The notes: a model not told the origin generated them from the sequence alone. A stretch of 29,734 nt of DNA from a bacterium (GCA_040756235.1 JBFLZG010000108.1:1-29734), one strand, 5' to 3'. Positions 1 through 9,446 are shown, counted from the stretch's first letter. Made by a program: numbers and translations.

Positions 1-105
1 GGCCCAACTGGCAGCCGGCCCTCTTCAGCTCGCCTGGCGGCTCTGCTCATTTACAAGACTCGGCCAAGTCAAACGCCGGATACCGCCGCCTCGCCGCCTC
101 TGCGA

Positions 106-1335
106 TCACCGCCCGTAGGTCTGGATGTACGACGGCGAGAACATCTCCTCGGTCAGGCCCACGTTCATCACCTGGGTCGGTTGCTCCGGATCCTCCGAGA
201 TCTTGATGACCGTGCTGCGCCTTGCCAGCAGGTCGTACATGAAGTAACCGTACGCGAACTGGTTGAAGTTCCTGGGGTCGGGCGTCCACGGGATTTCCAG
301 GTACTTCCACAACGTGCCCCGCTTGTCGAAGAAGTCTTCCGAAAGAATGAAGTAGCTGTCCACATCGATGTAGAGGCGGCGCTTGCTGTAGAGATAGTCC
401 TTGTCCTTGTTGACCCCCTCGACCACCCAGACCGGCCTCAGCTCGTATCGTAAATCCTCTGCATAGGGCAGGCCGGCCTTGTGCCGGAACTTCCACGTGA
501 CCGCGTGATAGAGCGCGATCACTTCCTGCTGTCCTACGAGCTTCCATTCGTAATCCGAAACCTTGCCCGAGAAGCCTCGATAGTCGTCCCAGGTCAGGTC
601 CGTGCCCCCGAAGGAGTCCGCTCTCTGCGCCACCGAGATGCGCCGCACCCGCCGGATCGAGGGGATGTACATCCAGCCGTCGTCCCCCTTGGACGGGTCC
701 TGGTAACGAACGGTGATCAGGCAAAGGCCCGCCACGTCCTCCGGGTAGTTCAGGTACTGCGCTTCCTTCGACTCCACGCCTTCCGCGGTCTCGATCTCCG
801 GTATCGGGTCCAGGAAGAGCCTCCCCTGGTAGGCGATGCGGCTGTAGCCTCCTACCAGCTTGCGGAACTTGCCGGTCGAGCTGTAGCAGTAGAAGTCGGT
901 ATCCCCGAAGAAGAAGTCATCCCCGTTGTACTTGTAGTTGTAGTTGTACATCACCTCGATGCCGGTCTTCGGCTCCGGGAACGGGAGCCCGGCCGTGTAG
1001 CTCTCGAGCCCTCCCTTCTCGTTGACTTTGGGCTGGCCCTTGTGCTTCTCGGTCGCCGCCACGTATTGCGGCGGGAACTTGTGGTCCCGAACGGTCTCGT
1101 ACACGTTCACCACGTGGTTCCACGCCTTGATCTGCTCGTACATGCCGGCAGGCATCTTGTCCTTGTACTGATCGACGTTGTTCTTGTCGATCGTGTACTG
1201 GATCTCTCCGCCGATCATCGGCGGAGGCCCCTTGATCTTGCTCTCGACCGTCATTCCCGCGTGCGCGGCGCCCTGCGCGACCAGGAGCATGGCCCCGGTC
1301 AGTGTCGTGAGTAGAGTCCTTGCGGTCCTTCTCAT
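106..1335 (-). CDS. DUF1329 family periplasmic protein (LolA-like fold predicted)
   Basis: 409-aa ORF, signal peptide ending AHA, GGAGGAGG RBS. Family-like motifs 'GLPFPEPKTGIEVMYN', 'WMYIPSIRRVRR', 'YLYSKRRLYID..S', 'D.FDKRG.LWK'. Last gene of a YCF48/RND/DUF1302 cluster. Confidence 0.85.
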   Translation of the reverse strand: MRRTARTLLTTLTGAMLLVAQGAAHAGMTVESKIKGPPPMIGGEIQYTIDKNNVDQYKDKMPAGMYEQIKAWNHVVNVYETVRDHKFPPQYVAATEKHKGQPKVNEKGGLESYTAGLPFPEPKTGIEVMYNYNYKYNGDDFFFGDTDFYCYSSTGKFRKLVGGYSRIAYQGRLFLDPIPEIETAEGVESKEAQYLNYPEDVAGLCLITVRYQDPSKGDDGWMYIPSIRRVRRISVAQRADSFGGTDLTWDDYRGFSGKVSDYEWKLVGQQEVIALYHAVTWKFRHKAGLPYAEDLRYELRPVWVVEGVNKDKDYLYSKRRLYIDVDSYFILSEDFFDKRGTLWKYLEIPWTPDPRNFNQFAYGYFMYDLLARRSTVIKISEDPEQPTQVMNVGLTEEMFSPSYIQTYGR

Positions 1336-1362
1336 CGTTCTCCTCCTCCATCGAACACCGGG

Positions 1363-2739
1363 TTATTGGAAGGAATACTTGAGGCTGAGGAAAATCTCGT
1401 CGCGGTCGTTGACCGGGTTGAAGAAGCCGCGGGTCGTATCGTGCCCCCAGAAGAAGTTGCTGCCCAGGGTCGTTCCCCAGTGATCGCCGTAGCGCAGGCT
1501 GATCTGCGGCTGCACCCAGCCGGCCCCCTCGACGTCGTACGCGACCAGGACCTGAGGCGTCAGGGTGGCATTGGGGATGAGGTGCGGATAGGACGAAGAG
1601 AGAAACCCGGTGACCACGGTCTGGAAGTCTTCCCCCGGCCCGCCGAAGCTCACGGTCGTCTCATCGGTGTCGAGGACCTTCTTGTGGAATACCTGGAAGC
1701 TGATGAGCGAGCTCTCGGGGTTGATCGGCAGATAGGTGTTCCGATCGAGGCCGAACATGAAGGCGACGCTGTCCTTGTCGGAGATGAAGTTCGAGCTCGT
1801 GAAATCGAGCTGCGGCTCGTTCATGGTGTAGACCGCCTCGCCCCTGAACACCGTCTTGGGCCATTCGAGGAAGGTGTTGAAGGTCGCGCCGATCGAGTTC
1901 ACGTAAGGGTGGGTCCAGAACAGACCCGTGGGCGTCAGGGTCAGAGAGGGCATCTCGTTCCGGTGGTAGTAATCGTAGACCGAGGCCTCGATCCCCCAGG
2001 GCAGGATCGCCCGGATCTTGGCTCCCACCGAACCGTTGTCCAGCTCCGTGCCGTAGTGTCTTTCCGGAATGCCGCCGCGGCCCAGCCCCGGGACTTCCCA
2101 GTAGGTGCCCGCGCCCGCCCACTTGGTCGGCTCGAACTTGGCCGGGTTCCACACCAGCTCCACGTCCAGGTTCGGCGTCAGGCTGTAGATCCCTCGAACC
2201 ATCCACAGGCCGATCCGGATGTCCTCCCAGCTCTCCAGGAGGTAGTGCCACGACAGATCCAGCGGATTGATGATGTCGGCCAGACGCAGGCCGTCGGACT
2301 CGCCCCAGACGACCTGCTGTTTGCCGATCCGGAGAAAGAGCGGGCCCTGTCGCAGATCCACGAACAGCTCGCGGATGTCGATGTCGTCCCGTTGGTCGTC
2401 GACCACGCCGTCGGGAAAGTCCTCGACCCCCTTGATGTCGAAAGAAGCGTCATACTCCGCCCGCCCCCGCGCGTAGACTCGGAAAGCGGGGCTGAGCGTC
2501 ACGGTCGCTTCCAGCTGGAGGAAGCTGCGCATGAGCCCGATGTCCCATTCGTCGAACTGTCCCCCGCCCAGGCCGGGATGCGGGTTCTGCGTGCGGGTCG
2601 AAGTGATGTTTCGAACGTGCCCCTTCAAGTCCAGGTCGCCCCCGAACAGGGTATAGGCCGAGACCCCGCCGGCCCCGACCGCCGTCACGAGGACGATCGT
2701 GAACAGCCATGTGGACGCCCGGACGATTCCTCTTTTCAT
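1363..2739 (-). CDS. DUF1302 family outer-membrane beta-barrel protein
   Basis: Start re-assigned to ATG 2739 (MKRGIVRAS..., GGGGGAG RBS, signal peptide). Motif 'LRIGKQQVVWGESDG..LADIINP.D'. C-terminal 'DRDEIFLSLKYSFQ' beta-signal-like end. Confidence 0.8.
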   Translation of the reverse strand: MKRGIVRASTWLFTIVLVTAVGAGGVSAYTLFGGDLDLKGHVRNITSTRTQNPHPGLGGGQFDEWDIGLMRSFLQLEATVTLSPAFRVYARGRAEYDASFDIKGVEDFPDGVVDDQRDDIDIRELFVDLRQGPLFLRIGKQQVVWGESDGLRLADIINPLDLSWHYLLESWEDIRIGLWMVRGIYSLTPNLDVELVWNPAKFEPTKWAGAGTYWEVPGLGRGGIPERHYGTELDNGSVGAKIRAILPWGIEASVYDYYHRNEMPSLTLTPTGLFWTHPYVNSIGATFNTFLEWPKTVFRGEAVYTMNEPQLDFTSSNFISDKDSVAFMFGLDRNTYLPINPESSLISFQVFHKKVLDTDETTVSFGGPGEDFQTVVTGFLSSSYPHLIPNATLTPQVLVAYDVEGAGWVQPQISLRYGDHWGTTLGSNFFWGHDTTRGFFNPVNDRDEIFLSLKYSFQ

Positions 2740-2765
2740 CCTGCTCCCCCCTTTTTGCTTGTGGT

Positions 2766-5189
2766 TCATGCACTCAATCGCGCGCCGAAGCCGTCGGACG
2801 GCCGCGGTTTGTCTGGAGCTTCCGGTATTTCTCCTCCTTTCGCAGCGAGCGCGGGCTCGCTGCCTCTCTGGATGGACGCAAAAATGTCCTTCACCTTCAC
2901 CGCATCGATCAGTATCGGAAGCACGAAGATCGTGGTCACCATGTTGGCGAGGAACATGAAGGCGAGCAGAATGCCCATCGTGGCCTGGAACCTGAGGTCC
3001 GAGAAGAGCCACACGATGACGGCGGCGCAGAAGGTCGTACCCGTCACCACCACCGCGCTCCCGCACGAGACCATGGCCCGGTCGAGCACGTCGCGGAAGG
3101 TCCCTCCATGAGCCGCCTCCGAGCGGATCTTGCCGTACAGATAGATCCCGTAGTCCACGCAGAGCCCCATTCCCAGGGCGGCCACCGGCAGGGTGTTCAC
3201 GTCCAGCTCGATGCGGCAGAGCTTCATGAAGGCGAAGGACATCATGGAGACCATGCCCAGCGGCACGCAGATCAGGGCGGCCGCGACCGGACTGCGGAAC
3301 GTGAGCACGGCCACGAGGCAGATGATGGCGTAGCAGAGCAGCGAGGCCTGCACGTGGTACTTGCCCAGCACCTCCCCGATGGCGCCCAGGACCCCGATGA
3401 TCCCCCCGGCCAGGCGCACCTGCGCGTTCTCGAGCGGGTTTTCCGCCAGGAAGCGGCGGGTCTCGCTCAGGGCCGCGCGAATCGTATTCGCGGTATGGTC
3501 CTTGAAGAAGACGCGGATGTTGGCGCTGTCCAGGTCATTGGTGCCGAAGATGTCGAAGTCGCCGGGGTCGGCACCCGAGTAAAAGAGATAATAGGCCGCC
3601 CCGATGTCCTTGGGGGCCGAAGGTACGACGAACCAGGCCGGATCGTCCTCGTGCACTTTCTGGTTAACCCCTTTCACGATGTCCACGAGCGAGATGGCCC
3701 CGCCCACCTTCGGCACCCCGGCGATGAACCTCTGGTACTTCTCCATCCAGTTGAGCACGTGCGGCTCCCGGAGGATCCCCGGCTCGCCCTGGATCACGAC
3801 CGACATGGCGTCCGTCCCGTAGAAGTCCTCGTTGATCTTCTTGGTGTCCAGGTTGTAGCGGGAGCTTTCCCAGAGCAGGGGCGAGCCCGGGTGCAGGCTG
3901 CCGATGTCGATCTGGCCCGCGTAGTACACGCCCAGGGCGAACAGGACCGCCATGCTCCCCAGCACCACGGCCCGCTCCCGCCGGTTGAACAGCGAGTGGG
4001 AGATCGAGATCAACGCCCGTTCGAACTTCCCGCCCAGGAGATGCTTGCCGTTGTGTCCGGCCGCAAGTCCCGGCATGAAGGAAAGCAGGATCGGCAGCGC
4101 CACGATGTCGAGCAGCACCGCGCAGATCATGCCCAGACTGGCGGTGATCGCCAGCTCCTGGATGGCGCCGATCGGAATGATCGCCAGCACGCCGAAGCCG
4201 GCGAGGTTCGTGCCCAGGGCCGCGATGCCCGGGACCATGATCTCACCCAGCGCCACCTCGGCGGTCTGAGGCCCTCCCCGGCCCATGCGGATGGCCTTCT
4301 CCACGTAACGGATGATCATCTGGTTGGAGTGGCTGACCGAGATCACGAGCACCAGGAAGGGAACGATGGTGGTCATGGGGTTCAGGGTGAAGCTCAGGAT
4401 CTCCATCAGACCCAGCCCCCAGATCGTGGTCGCCCCCGAGATCGCGATGTGGAGGAAAGGGACCCGCAGGTTCAGGAAGTGCACGTAGAGGATGCCGAGG
4501 ACCAGGACGATGGAGACCCCGAAGAGCCACAGGATCTTCGGCATCGCCTTGATCACCTCGCCGACCACGATCGGTTCCCCGGAGACCTGGATCACGACCT
4601 TGTCGCTCGTTTCGCGATCGACGATCTTCCGGATCTCTCCGTAGACCGCCTGGTAGTTCACCCCCTTCTCGTACACGTCGGCCATGATGAGGGCCGCCTT
4701 GCCGTCGATCGACACCAGCACGCCGAAGATGGTGTCGTCCGACATGCAGGCGCGGCGCAGGCTCTCCAGGGCCTCGGGGGTCTCCGGCACGTCCGGCCAG
4801 AGCAGCGGGTGCTTTTCCATGCCCCATGCGGTCGCCCGGGTCTCCTTGATCTTCTTGGCGCCGATCGAGACGACCTTGTAGCGGTCGATGCCCGGCACGA
4901 ACTGGATGTCGTCGGTGATCCTGCGGATGCGGCTCAGCGTGTCGAAGTTGAAGATGCTCCCGTCCTTGGCCGCCACCTCGATGGTGATGAGGTTGGCCCC
5001 GCCGAAGGTCTGCTGGAACTCTTTGTAGGTCAGCACGTACGGGTGGTTCCGAGGGAGCAGTTTCTCGAAGTCGTAGGAAAGCTCGAGACGGGTGGCCCGC
5101 CAGCCGAAAAACGCGGTGAGAAGCGTGACCACGGCCAGGATCGGCACCCGAAAACGCACGATCAGGGAGGCGATCTTCTTGTCCATCAT
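2766..5189 (-). CDS. RND/MMPL family transporter (hydrophobic-substrate type associated with DUF1302/DUF1329)
   Basis: Start at ATG 5189 overlaps the upstream stop (ATGA). Two repeats of TM + large periplasmic loop + TM bundle. 'GMGLCVDYGIY' in the second half, 'ISVSHS' in the first. Confidence 0.88.
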   Translation of the reverse strand: MMDKKIASLIVRFRVPILAVVTLLTAFFGWRATRLELSYDFEKLLPRNHPYVLTYKEFQQTFGGANLITIEVAAKDGSIFNFDTLSRIRRITDDIQFVPGIDRYKVVSIGAKKIKETRATAWGMEKHPLLWPDVPETPEALESLRRACMSDDTIFGVLVSIDGKAALIMADVYEKGVNYQAVYGEIRKIVDRETSDKVVIQVSGEPIVVGEVIKAMPKILWLFGVSIVLVLGILYVHFLNLRVPFLHIAISGATTIWGLGLMEILSFTLNPMTTIVPFLVLVISVSHSNQMIIRYVEKAIRMGRGGPQTAEVALGEIMVPGIAALGTNLAGFGVLAIIPIGAIQELAITASLGMICAVLLDIVALPILLSFMPGLAAGHNGKHLLGGKFERALISISHSLFNRRERAVVLGSMAVLFALGVYYAGQIDIGSLHPGSPLLWESSRYNLDTKKINEDFYGTDAMSVVIQGEPGILREPHVLNWMEKYQRFIAGVPKVGGAISLVDIVKGVNQKVHEDDPAWFVVPSAPKDIGAAYYLFYSGADPGDFDIFGTNDLDSANIRVFFKDHTANTIRAALSETRRFLAENPLENAQVRLAGGIIGVLGAIGEVLGKYHVQASLLCYAIICLVAVLTFRSPVAAALICVPLGMVSMMSFAFMKLCRIELDVNTLPVAALGMGLCVDYGIYLYGKIRSEAAHGGTFRDVLDRAMVSCGSAVVVTGTTFCAAVIVWLFSDLRFQATMGILLAFMFLANMVTTIFVLPILIDAVKVKDIFASIQRGSEPALAAKGGEIPEAPDKPRPSDGFGARLSA

Positions 5190-6172
5190 GTCCCCTTCCC
5201 GCTGTCCAGAATCTCTTCGAGGCGCAGGATCGTGCCGTGAGCTCCCACCACCCATCCACCCCCCCGGCCGTTCACCCAGACTCCCGAAAGCCAGCTCAAC
5301 GTGTTCACGTCCCTGGGGACCCACGGTCCCTCTTTCTCTTTGATCGTCACGGCGCCCCGCAGCCCGACCGCGATGGCGACCTCGCCCGCGCCGCCGACTC
5401 CCACGAGGTGATCCTTGACACCGCCCTCTTCCACTGCCCAGCTCTTGCCGCCGTCCCGGGTCCTGACAACAGCTCCGTCGACCCCCACGGCGTACCCGGA
5501 CCCGTCCTGCCCAAGATGGACGTCGAACAGGGTCACGGAAACGGGCGAGTCGACCGCGGCAAAGGTGGCGCCTCCGTCTTCCGTTCTCAGGATCGTCCCG
5601 AACTCTCCGACGATCACTCCCGCCGCGGCGTCAGGGAAGGCCATCCCCCTCAGGCAGACGTCCTTTCCGATCGACCGATCCTGCCAGGTCCGGCCGCCGT
5701 CGGTCGTCTTCAGGACCAGACCGAGGTAGCCGCAAGCGAACCCGACCTGCTCATCCGGAAACCGGATCTTGAATATCGGGTGCTTCGTCCCGGTCGCCTG
5801 GGCCGCCCAGGTCCGACCGCCGTCCTGCGTGTAAAGGATGGTGCCGTTCGTGCCGCTGCACCAGCCTTGGCGGGCATTGGGAAAAGACGCCGAGTACAGA
5901 GTCTCGGGGCTGTTGCTGGCCTGGATCGACCAGCTCTTGCCCGCGTCCGGCGAATGGATGATCCGCCCGCTGTTGCCGACGATCCAGACGTCTTGTGCGC
6001 CTGCGGTGGCCACCCCGTAGAAGTTGTCGAAGTAGTCGTACTTGTACGGGTGGTTCACTGGCGCTGCAGCTTCCGAGTCACCGGCAGAAACCTCGCCGGC
6101 TCCCCGGCTTGCGGCAGCGCTGAACAGCACCAGTGTCAAGATCCAAGTCCGCGGCAGGTCTTTCGGGTTCAT
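5186..6172 (-). CDS. YCF48-like (BNR/Asp-box repeat) beta-propeller protein
   Basis: Signal peptide. Repeated 'G..G.IL.T.DGG.TW' Asp-box units (SPDAGKSW, TQDGGRTW, TTDGGRTW, TEDGGATF, TRDGGKSW). Confidence 0.88.
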   Translation of the reverse strand: MNPKDLPRTWILTLVLFSAAASRGAGEVSAGDSEAAAPVNHPYKYDYFDNFYGVATAGAQDVWIVGNSGRIIHSPDAGKSWSIQASNSPETLYSASFPNARQGWCSGTNGTILYTQDGGRTWAAQATGTKHPIFKIRFPDEQVGFACGYLGLVLKTTDGGRTWQDRSIGKDVCLRGMAFPDAAAGVIVGEFGTILRTEDGGATFAAVDSPVSVTLFDVHLGQDGSGYAVGVDGAVVRTRDGGKSWAVEEGGVKDHLVGVGGAGEVAIAVGLRGAVTIKEKEGPWVPRDVNTLSWLSGVWVNGRGGGWVVGAHGTILRLEEILDSGKGT

Positions 6173-6287
6173 AAGATTCCCTCACCAAGTGGGGTTGAGC
6201 TCGTGCCTATGTTTCGTCATCCTGGCCAAGGCAGCGGCCGCGAGCAGCCGTCTCATGCGGGCGCAAACAGAGGCGGCTTGAAGATGG

Positions 6288-6365
6288 GGAGATTGCGAGC
6301 GCAGCGAAGCAACCTCCCTGCCTGGGGGTTGCTTCGGTCGCTTGTGGCTCCCTCGCAATGTCCGC
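6288..6365. repeat. REP/RPE-like palindromic repeat, family A, copy 1
   Basis: ATTGCGAG..CGAAGCAACC...GGTTGCTTCG..CTCGCAAT nested palindrome. Its reverse complement aligns almost base-for-base with 12139-12217. Confidence 0.85.
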
Positions 6366-6512
6366 AATGCTTCGTGTCCTTGCTTCGCTGCTCAATTCGG
6401 CCTCTGGTCGGGGATGACGGCCCTATTTCACTCTTCGGGGGTGCTCCCTCGAGCATGACCGTTGAGAGGGAATGACGGTCCCACATGGCACAGCCACCCG
6501 CGCCCGCCCCAC

Positions 6513-6998
6513 CTACCCGAGCTTCATCATCTTCGTCTTCGCCCACCCTTCGTCAAAGGGCGTGTAGAAGTCGGGGGTGAAGGTGATGGACTTCCACTTC
6601 CAATCCCCGTTCACCCTCACATACTGCTCGTCATATCTCCCTTGCACCCACAACGCCCGGTTCGACTCCCGCGTGGTGGCGAGGGCGTGGACGAACCACC
6701 GGCCGTTGGCCTGGTCGCCGGACACCTCGATGATCGGGTTCATCACCATGTGAGCGGCATAGGACCAGAGCGGATCGACGATCTCCCTGAAGAACTTGGC
6801 GATTGCTTCTTTCCCTTCGTAGTAGCCGAAGACGTTGAAATCGAGCCAGGCATCGTCCACGAAGCGGCTCACGAGCTCGTCGTAGCGGCTCTTGTCTCCG
6901 GCGATGGCACCATCGACCAGATAGCAGTAGAGGGCGCGGAGGTTCTTGATCGCCTCGATGTCCAGGAGTGTTTGAATCTTGCCTTTTAGTTCATCCAT
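6513..6998 (-). CDS. NTF2-like/SnoaL_4 family protein (LinA/BaiE/scytalone dehydratase-like)
   Basis: Probable start ATG 6998 (MDELKGKIQ). Motifs 'DIEAIKNL...YCYLVD', 'HMVMNPIIEV.GD.A.GRW', 'GRYDEQYVR.NG.WK'. Confidence 0.8.
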   Translation of the reverse strand: MDELKGKIQTLLDIEAIKNLRALYCYLVDGAIAGDKSRYDELVSRFVDDAWLDFNVFGYYEGKEAIAKFFREIVDPLWSYAAHMVMNPIIEVSGDQANGRWFVHALATTRESNRALWVQGRYDEQYVRVNGDWKWKSITFTPDFYTPFDEGWAKTKMMKLG

Positions 6999-7107
6999 TC
7001 CGCATGGTCCTCGCCACTGGGATCGGCGTTGCGATGTGACCGGCTCGCTGCAGCCCCGCTCTCCCCCGCACGTCCTCTGTCCAGCGGAGCCGGCCACTTC
7101 GTGTCAT

Positions 7108-7833
7108 CTACACCTTCTTTTTCGGCTCTTCGTGCCAGTAGGTCTGGTTCATGCCGATGCGGTCCTTGAACTTGTCCGGCACCTTGCTGGCGTCTTTGTA
7201 GAAGTACAGCACACAGGGCTCTCCCGGATTCAGCTTGCGTTTGGCGATCACGATGTTCTGGGCCCCTTCCCCGCTCAGCAGGCAGGACCAGGTCTCGACC
7301 CAGACACAGTGTGCGCAGTACAGCGGCACATCGGTTTCACCCCAGGTGTGGAACCCCGGCCCCTTCATATGGCCGAAGCCCATCTGTCCGCCGTAGGCAT
7401 ACCGGTCGATCAACAGCCCTCCGCTGCCGCAGTGACCGAACGTGATGACGAACTTGTCGTCCTCCTCCTCGATCTTCAAACCGGGGATCATGCTGTGGTG
7501 TCTCAAGAGACAATCCACCCACAATTGTATGTAGCCTTTGACTCCGAGCTGCTGTCTGGCTCTTTCCAGGCCCAGCATGGGGAGGAAATAGCTGTCCTTC
7601 AACGCATCTGCAGCAGCCTCTTCCCCGTACTTCTTGTGGATGTGGGACAGCAGAGAGGTGACCCAGAACACGTAATGATCATGAATCCAGTGCTTCGTGT
7701 CCTGGTGCCGCTGCAGCAGCTGCTTCGCCTTTTCCTTCTCGCCCCGGTCCACGGCCTCTACCGCAAGCTCGATGAAGTCCTTGGTGAACTCCTTGAGCTC
7801 CTCGTCCGTAAAGAGTCTGTTCGGCGATGACAT
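7108..7833 (-). CDS. Uncharacterised His/Cys-rich protein (HDxY, HH, CGSGG, YCxHC, C motifs), probable metalloprotein
   Basis: 241-aa ORF with strong GGAGGAGGAAGGG RBS and natural amino-acid composition, inside the operon. Confidence 0.8.
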   Translation of the reverse strand: MSSPNRLFTDEELKEFTKDFIELAVEAVDRGEKEKAKQLLQRHQDTKHWIHDHYVFWVTSLLSHIHKKYGEEAAADALKDSYFLPMLGLERARQQLGVKGYIQLWVDCLLRHHSMIPGLKIEEEDDKFVITFGHCGSGGLLIDRYAYGGQMGFGHMKGPGFHTWGETDVPLYCAHCVWVETWSCLLSGEGAQNIVIAKRKLNPGEPCVLYFYKDASKVPDKFKDRIGMNQTYWHEEPKKKV

Positions 7834-7895
7834 CCCTTCCTCCTCCTTTCAGCGCTCCGGTCGATGCGGAATGATGTGCGGATGCGGCACCCTGC

Positions 7896-9269
7896 CTATT
7901 TACGCTCGTACGCCTTCTCGAAAAGCTGGGTCTTCCTGGCGGCTCGCTCCAGGGTGTGTGGCCGGATCCAGGTGATGGCGGGACGCACCTTGTGCAGCAC
8001 GTGCATCTTCTCCAGGAGCTCCTTCTCGAGCCCGGGCAGCTCCCCCTCCGGCACCCCCTCGCCGTATTCCACCTTGAGCTTGAGGGGCGGGACCACGCGA
8101 GGCGGCGGGACCTCGAGCACGATGCGAAACGCCCCGGTCAGCCGCGGCACGAAACCGTTGATCACCCCCTGGATGGCCGCCGGGTAGATCGGGACCCCCT
8201 TCACCTTGAGCATGTCGTCGGCCCGGCCCACGATCTTGTAGCGGAACCCGCTCCTGCCGCACGGGCACGGCTCGGTGAAGACCTGGTGGATGTCGTTGAT
8301 CGTGAAGCGCATGTTGGCGAAGAAGATGGTGGCTTCGGGCTCCAGAGGCGTGAACACCGCCAGGCCCGTGGCCCCGTGCTCCAGGGGCACCGGACGGAGG
8401 GTCTCCGGGTCCACCAGCTCGTAGTAGCAGTGGTCATCCGCGATCCAGTGCATCCCCTGGTACTCCGGATGTTCGCAGGAGACCCCGTAGCCGGCGCCGA
8501 TGTCGAAGACCTTCGCTCCGTACGCGCTCTCCAGGCGGCTCCGCACCTCCGGAATCCCGGCCCCGGGCTCGGCGCCGAGCAGGAGCGTCTTCAGGTTGAG
8601 GCACTTGACCGGTTCTCCGAGCACGTCCGGCCCCCGTTCGATCATGTGGAGCGCCAGGGAGGGGGTGCAGCTCAGGATGTTCGCCCGGAACAGCCGGATG
8701 AAGCTGAGCAGGCGCTCCGTGCCCACCTCCGCGCCGATCGGCAGGATCGTGAGCCCTTTCAGCTTCTTGAACCAGTAGAGGTGAGGGGTGCCGGCGGCGT
8801 GCATGCTGAGGCCGAACCCGATCGCCAGGCGGTCGCCGGGACCGAAGCCCAGCCGCCAGCCGATGCGGCCGAACAGCTCACCCATCGCTGCCGCACTCTT
8901 GTGGAAGACCGGGTAGGGGGTGGGAATGCCGGTCGTCCCGGAAGTGGTCGTCAGCAGATGCATGTCCTTCAACCGCTGGTCGCCGAACAGGAAACGGTAC
9001 GCCTCGAACATGTCGTTGCCCGTTTCCTTGAAAACGTCCCGGTAGTCGGCCTGCCTGGCGATCGGGATGGCCCTGGCAAAATCCTCGAAGGAGCGGATTT
9101 CCTCAGGGGTGACTCCGGCGTCGACCATCCTCTTGCGGTCGAACGGGACATGGTCGTAGAAGTACCGCACCGCGGACCTGAGCTTTTTCTCCTGGAGCTT
9201 GCGCATTTCCGGCGTGTTCAGCAGGGGCTCGACCTTCATGTTGAAATACTTCCGTCTCCGCTCGCCCAC
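7896..9269 (-). CDS. Phenylacetate-CoA ligase (PaaK)-family aryl/acyl-CoA ligase
   Basis: GTG start at 9269 with AGGAGG RBS. P-loop 'TTSGTTG', 'TPS.A', 'GAEPG', 'GRADDMLKVKGV.IYP', C-terminal Lys. Confidence 0.85.
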   Translation of the reverse strand: MGERRRKYFNMKVEPLLNTPEMRKLQEKKLRSAVRYFYDHVPFDRKRMVDAGVTPEEIRSFEDFARAIPIARQADYRDVFKETGNDMFEAYRFLFGDQRLKDMHLLTTTSGTTGIPTPYPVFHKSAAAMGELFGRIGWRLGFGPGDRLAIGFGLSMHAAGTPHLYWFKKLKGLTILPIGAEVGTERLLSFIRLFRANILSCTPSLALHMIERGPDVLGEPVKCLNLKTLLLGAEPGAGIPEVRSRLESAYGAKVFDIGAGYGVSCEHPEYQGMHWIADDHCYYELVDPETLRPVPLEHGATGLAVFTPLEPEATIFFANMRFTINDIHQVFTEPCPCGRSGFRYKIVGRADDMLKVKGVPIYPAAIQGVINGFVPRLTGAFRIVLEVPPPRVVPPLKLKVEYGEGVPEGELPGLEKELLEKMHVLHKVRPAITWIRPHTLERAARKTQLFEKAYERK

Positions 9270-9446
9270 CTTCGCCTCCTTTGCCTGCCACTGCCTGCCA
9301 CCGACTCTGCCGGGCCGAGTCCCGATCGCTCGCCGCCGGCCTTCTCCCGGGCCCCGGCTCGGCACCCGGCGCGGCCCCTCGGCCCTGGCACGGATCGCCG
9401 TGAGAACCGCTAGGGCCCGCCACGCCACCGTTCGAGGCCTGACCTA

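Noticed and set aside
2740..3066. N-terminal extensions of ORF-track calls (1363..3066; also 5324, 7097, 9428, 12146, 14675, 19575, 26297 starts)
   Set aside because: They overlap neighbouring genes or repeats. Downstream starts have better RBS, signal-peptide or domain-boundary support.
1366..5240. Long plus-strand ORFs (581 aa, 843 aa) and similar ones at 7956-9413, 9486-11807, 14663-17092(-), 17250-19001(-), 23757-26273
   Set aside because: Antisense shadows of well-supported genes in high-GC DNA, with no motifs and biased composition.
6182..6546. Small ORFs in the repeat-filled gap
   Set aside because: Translations of palindromic repeats with no RBS or protein-like features.
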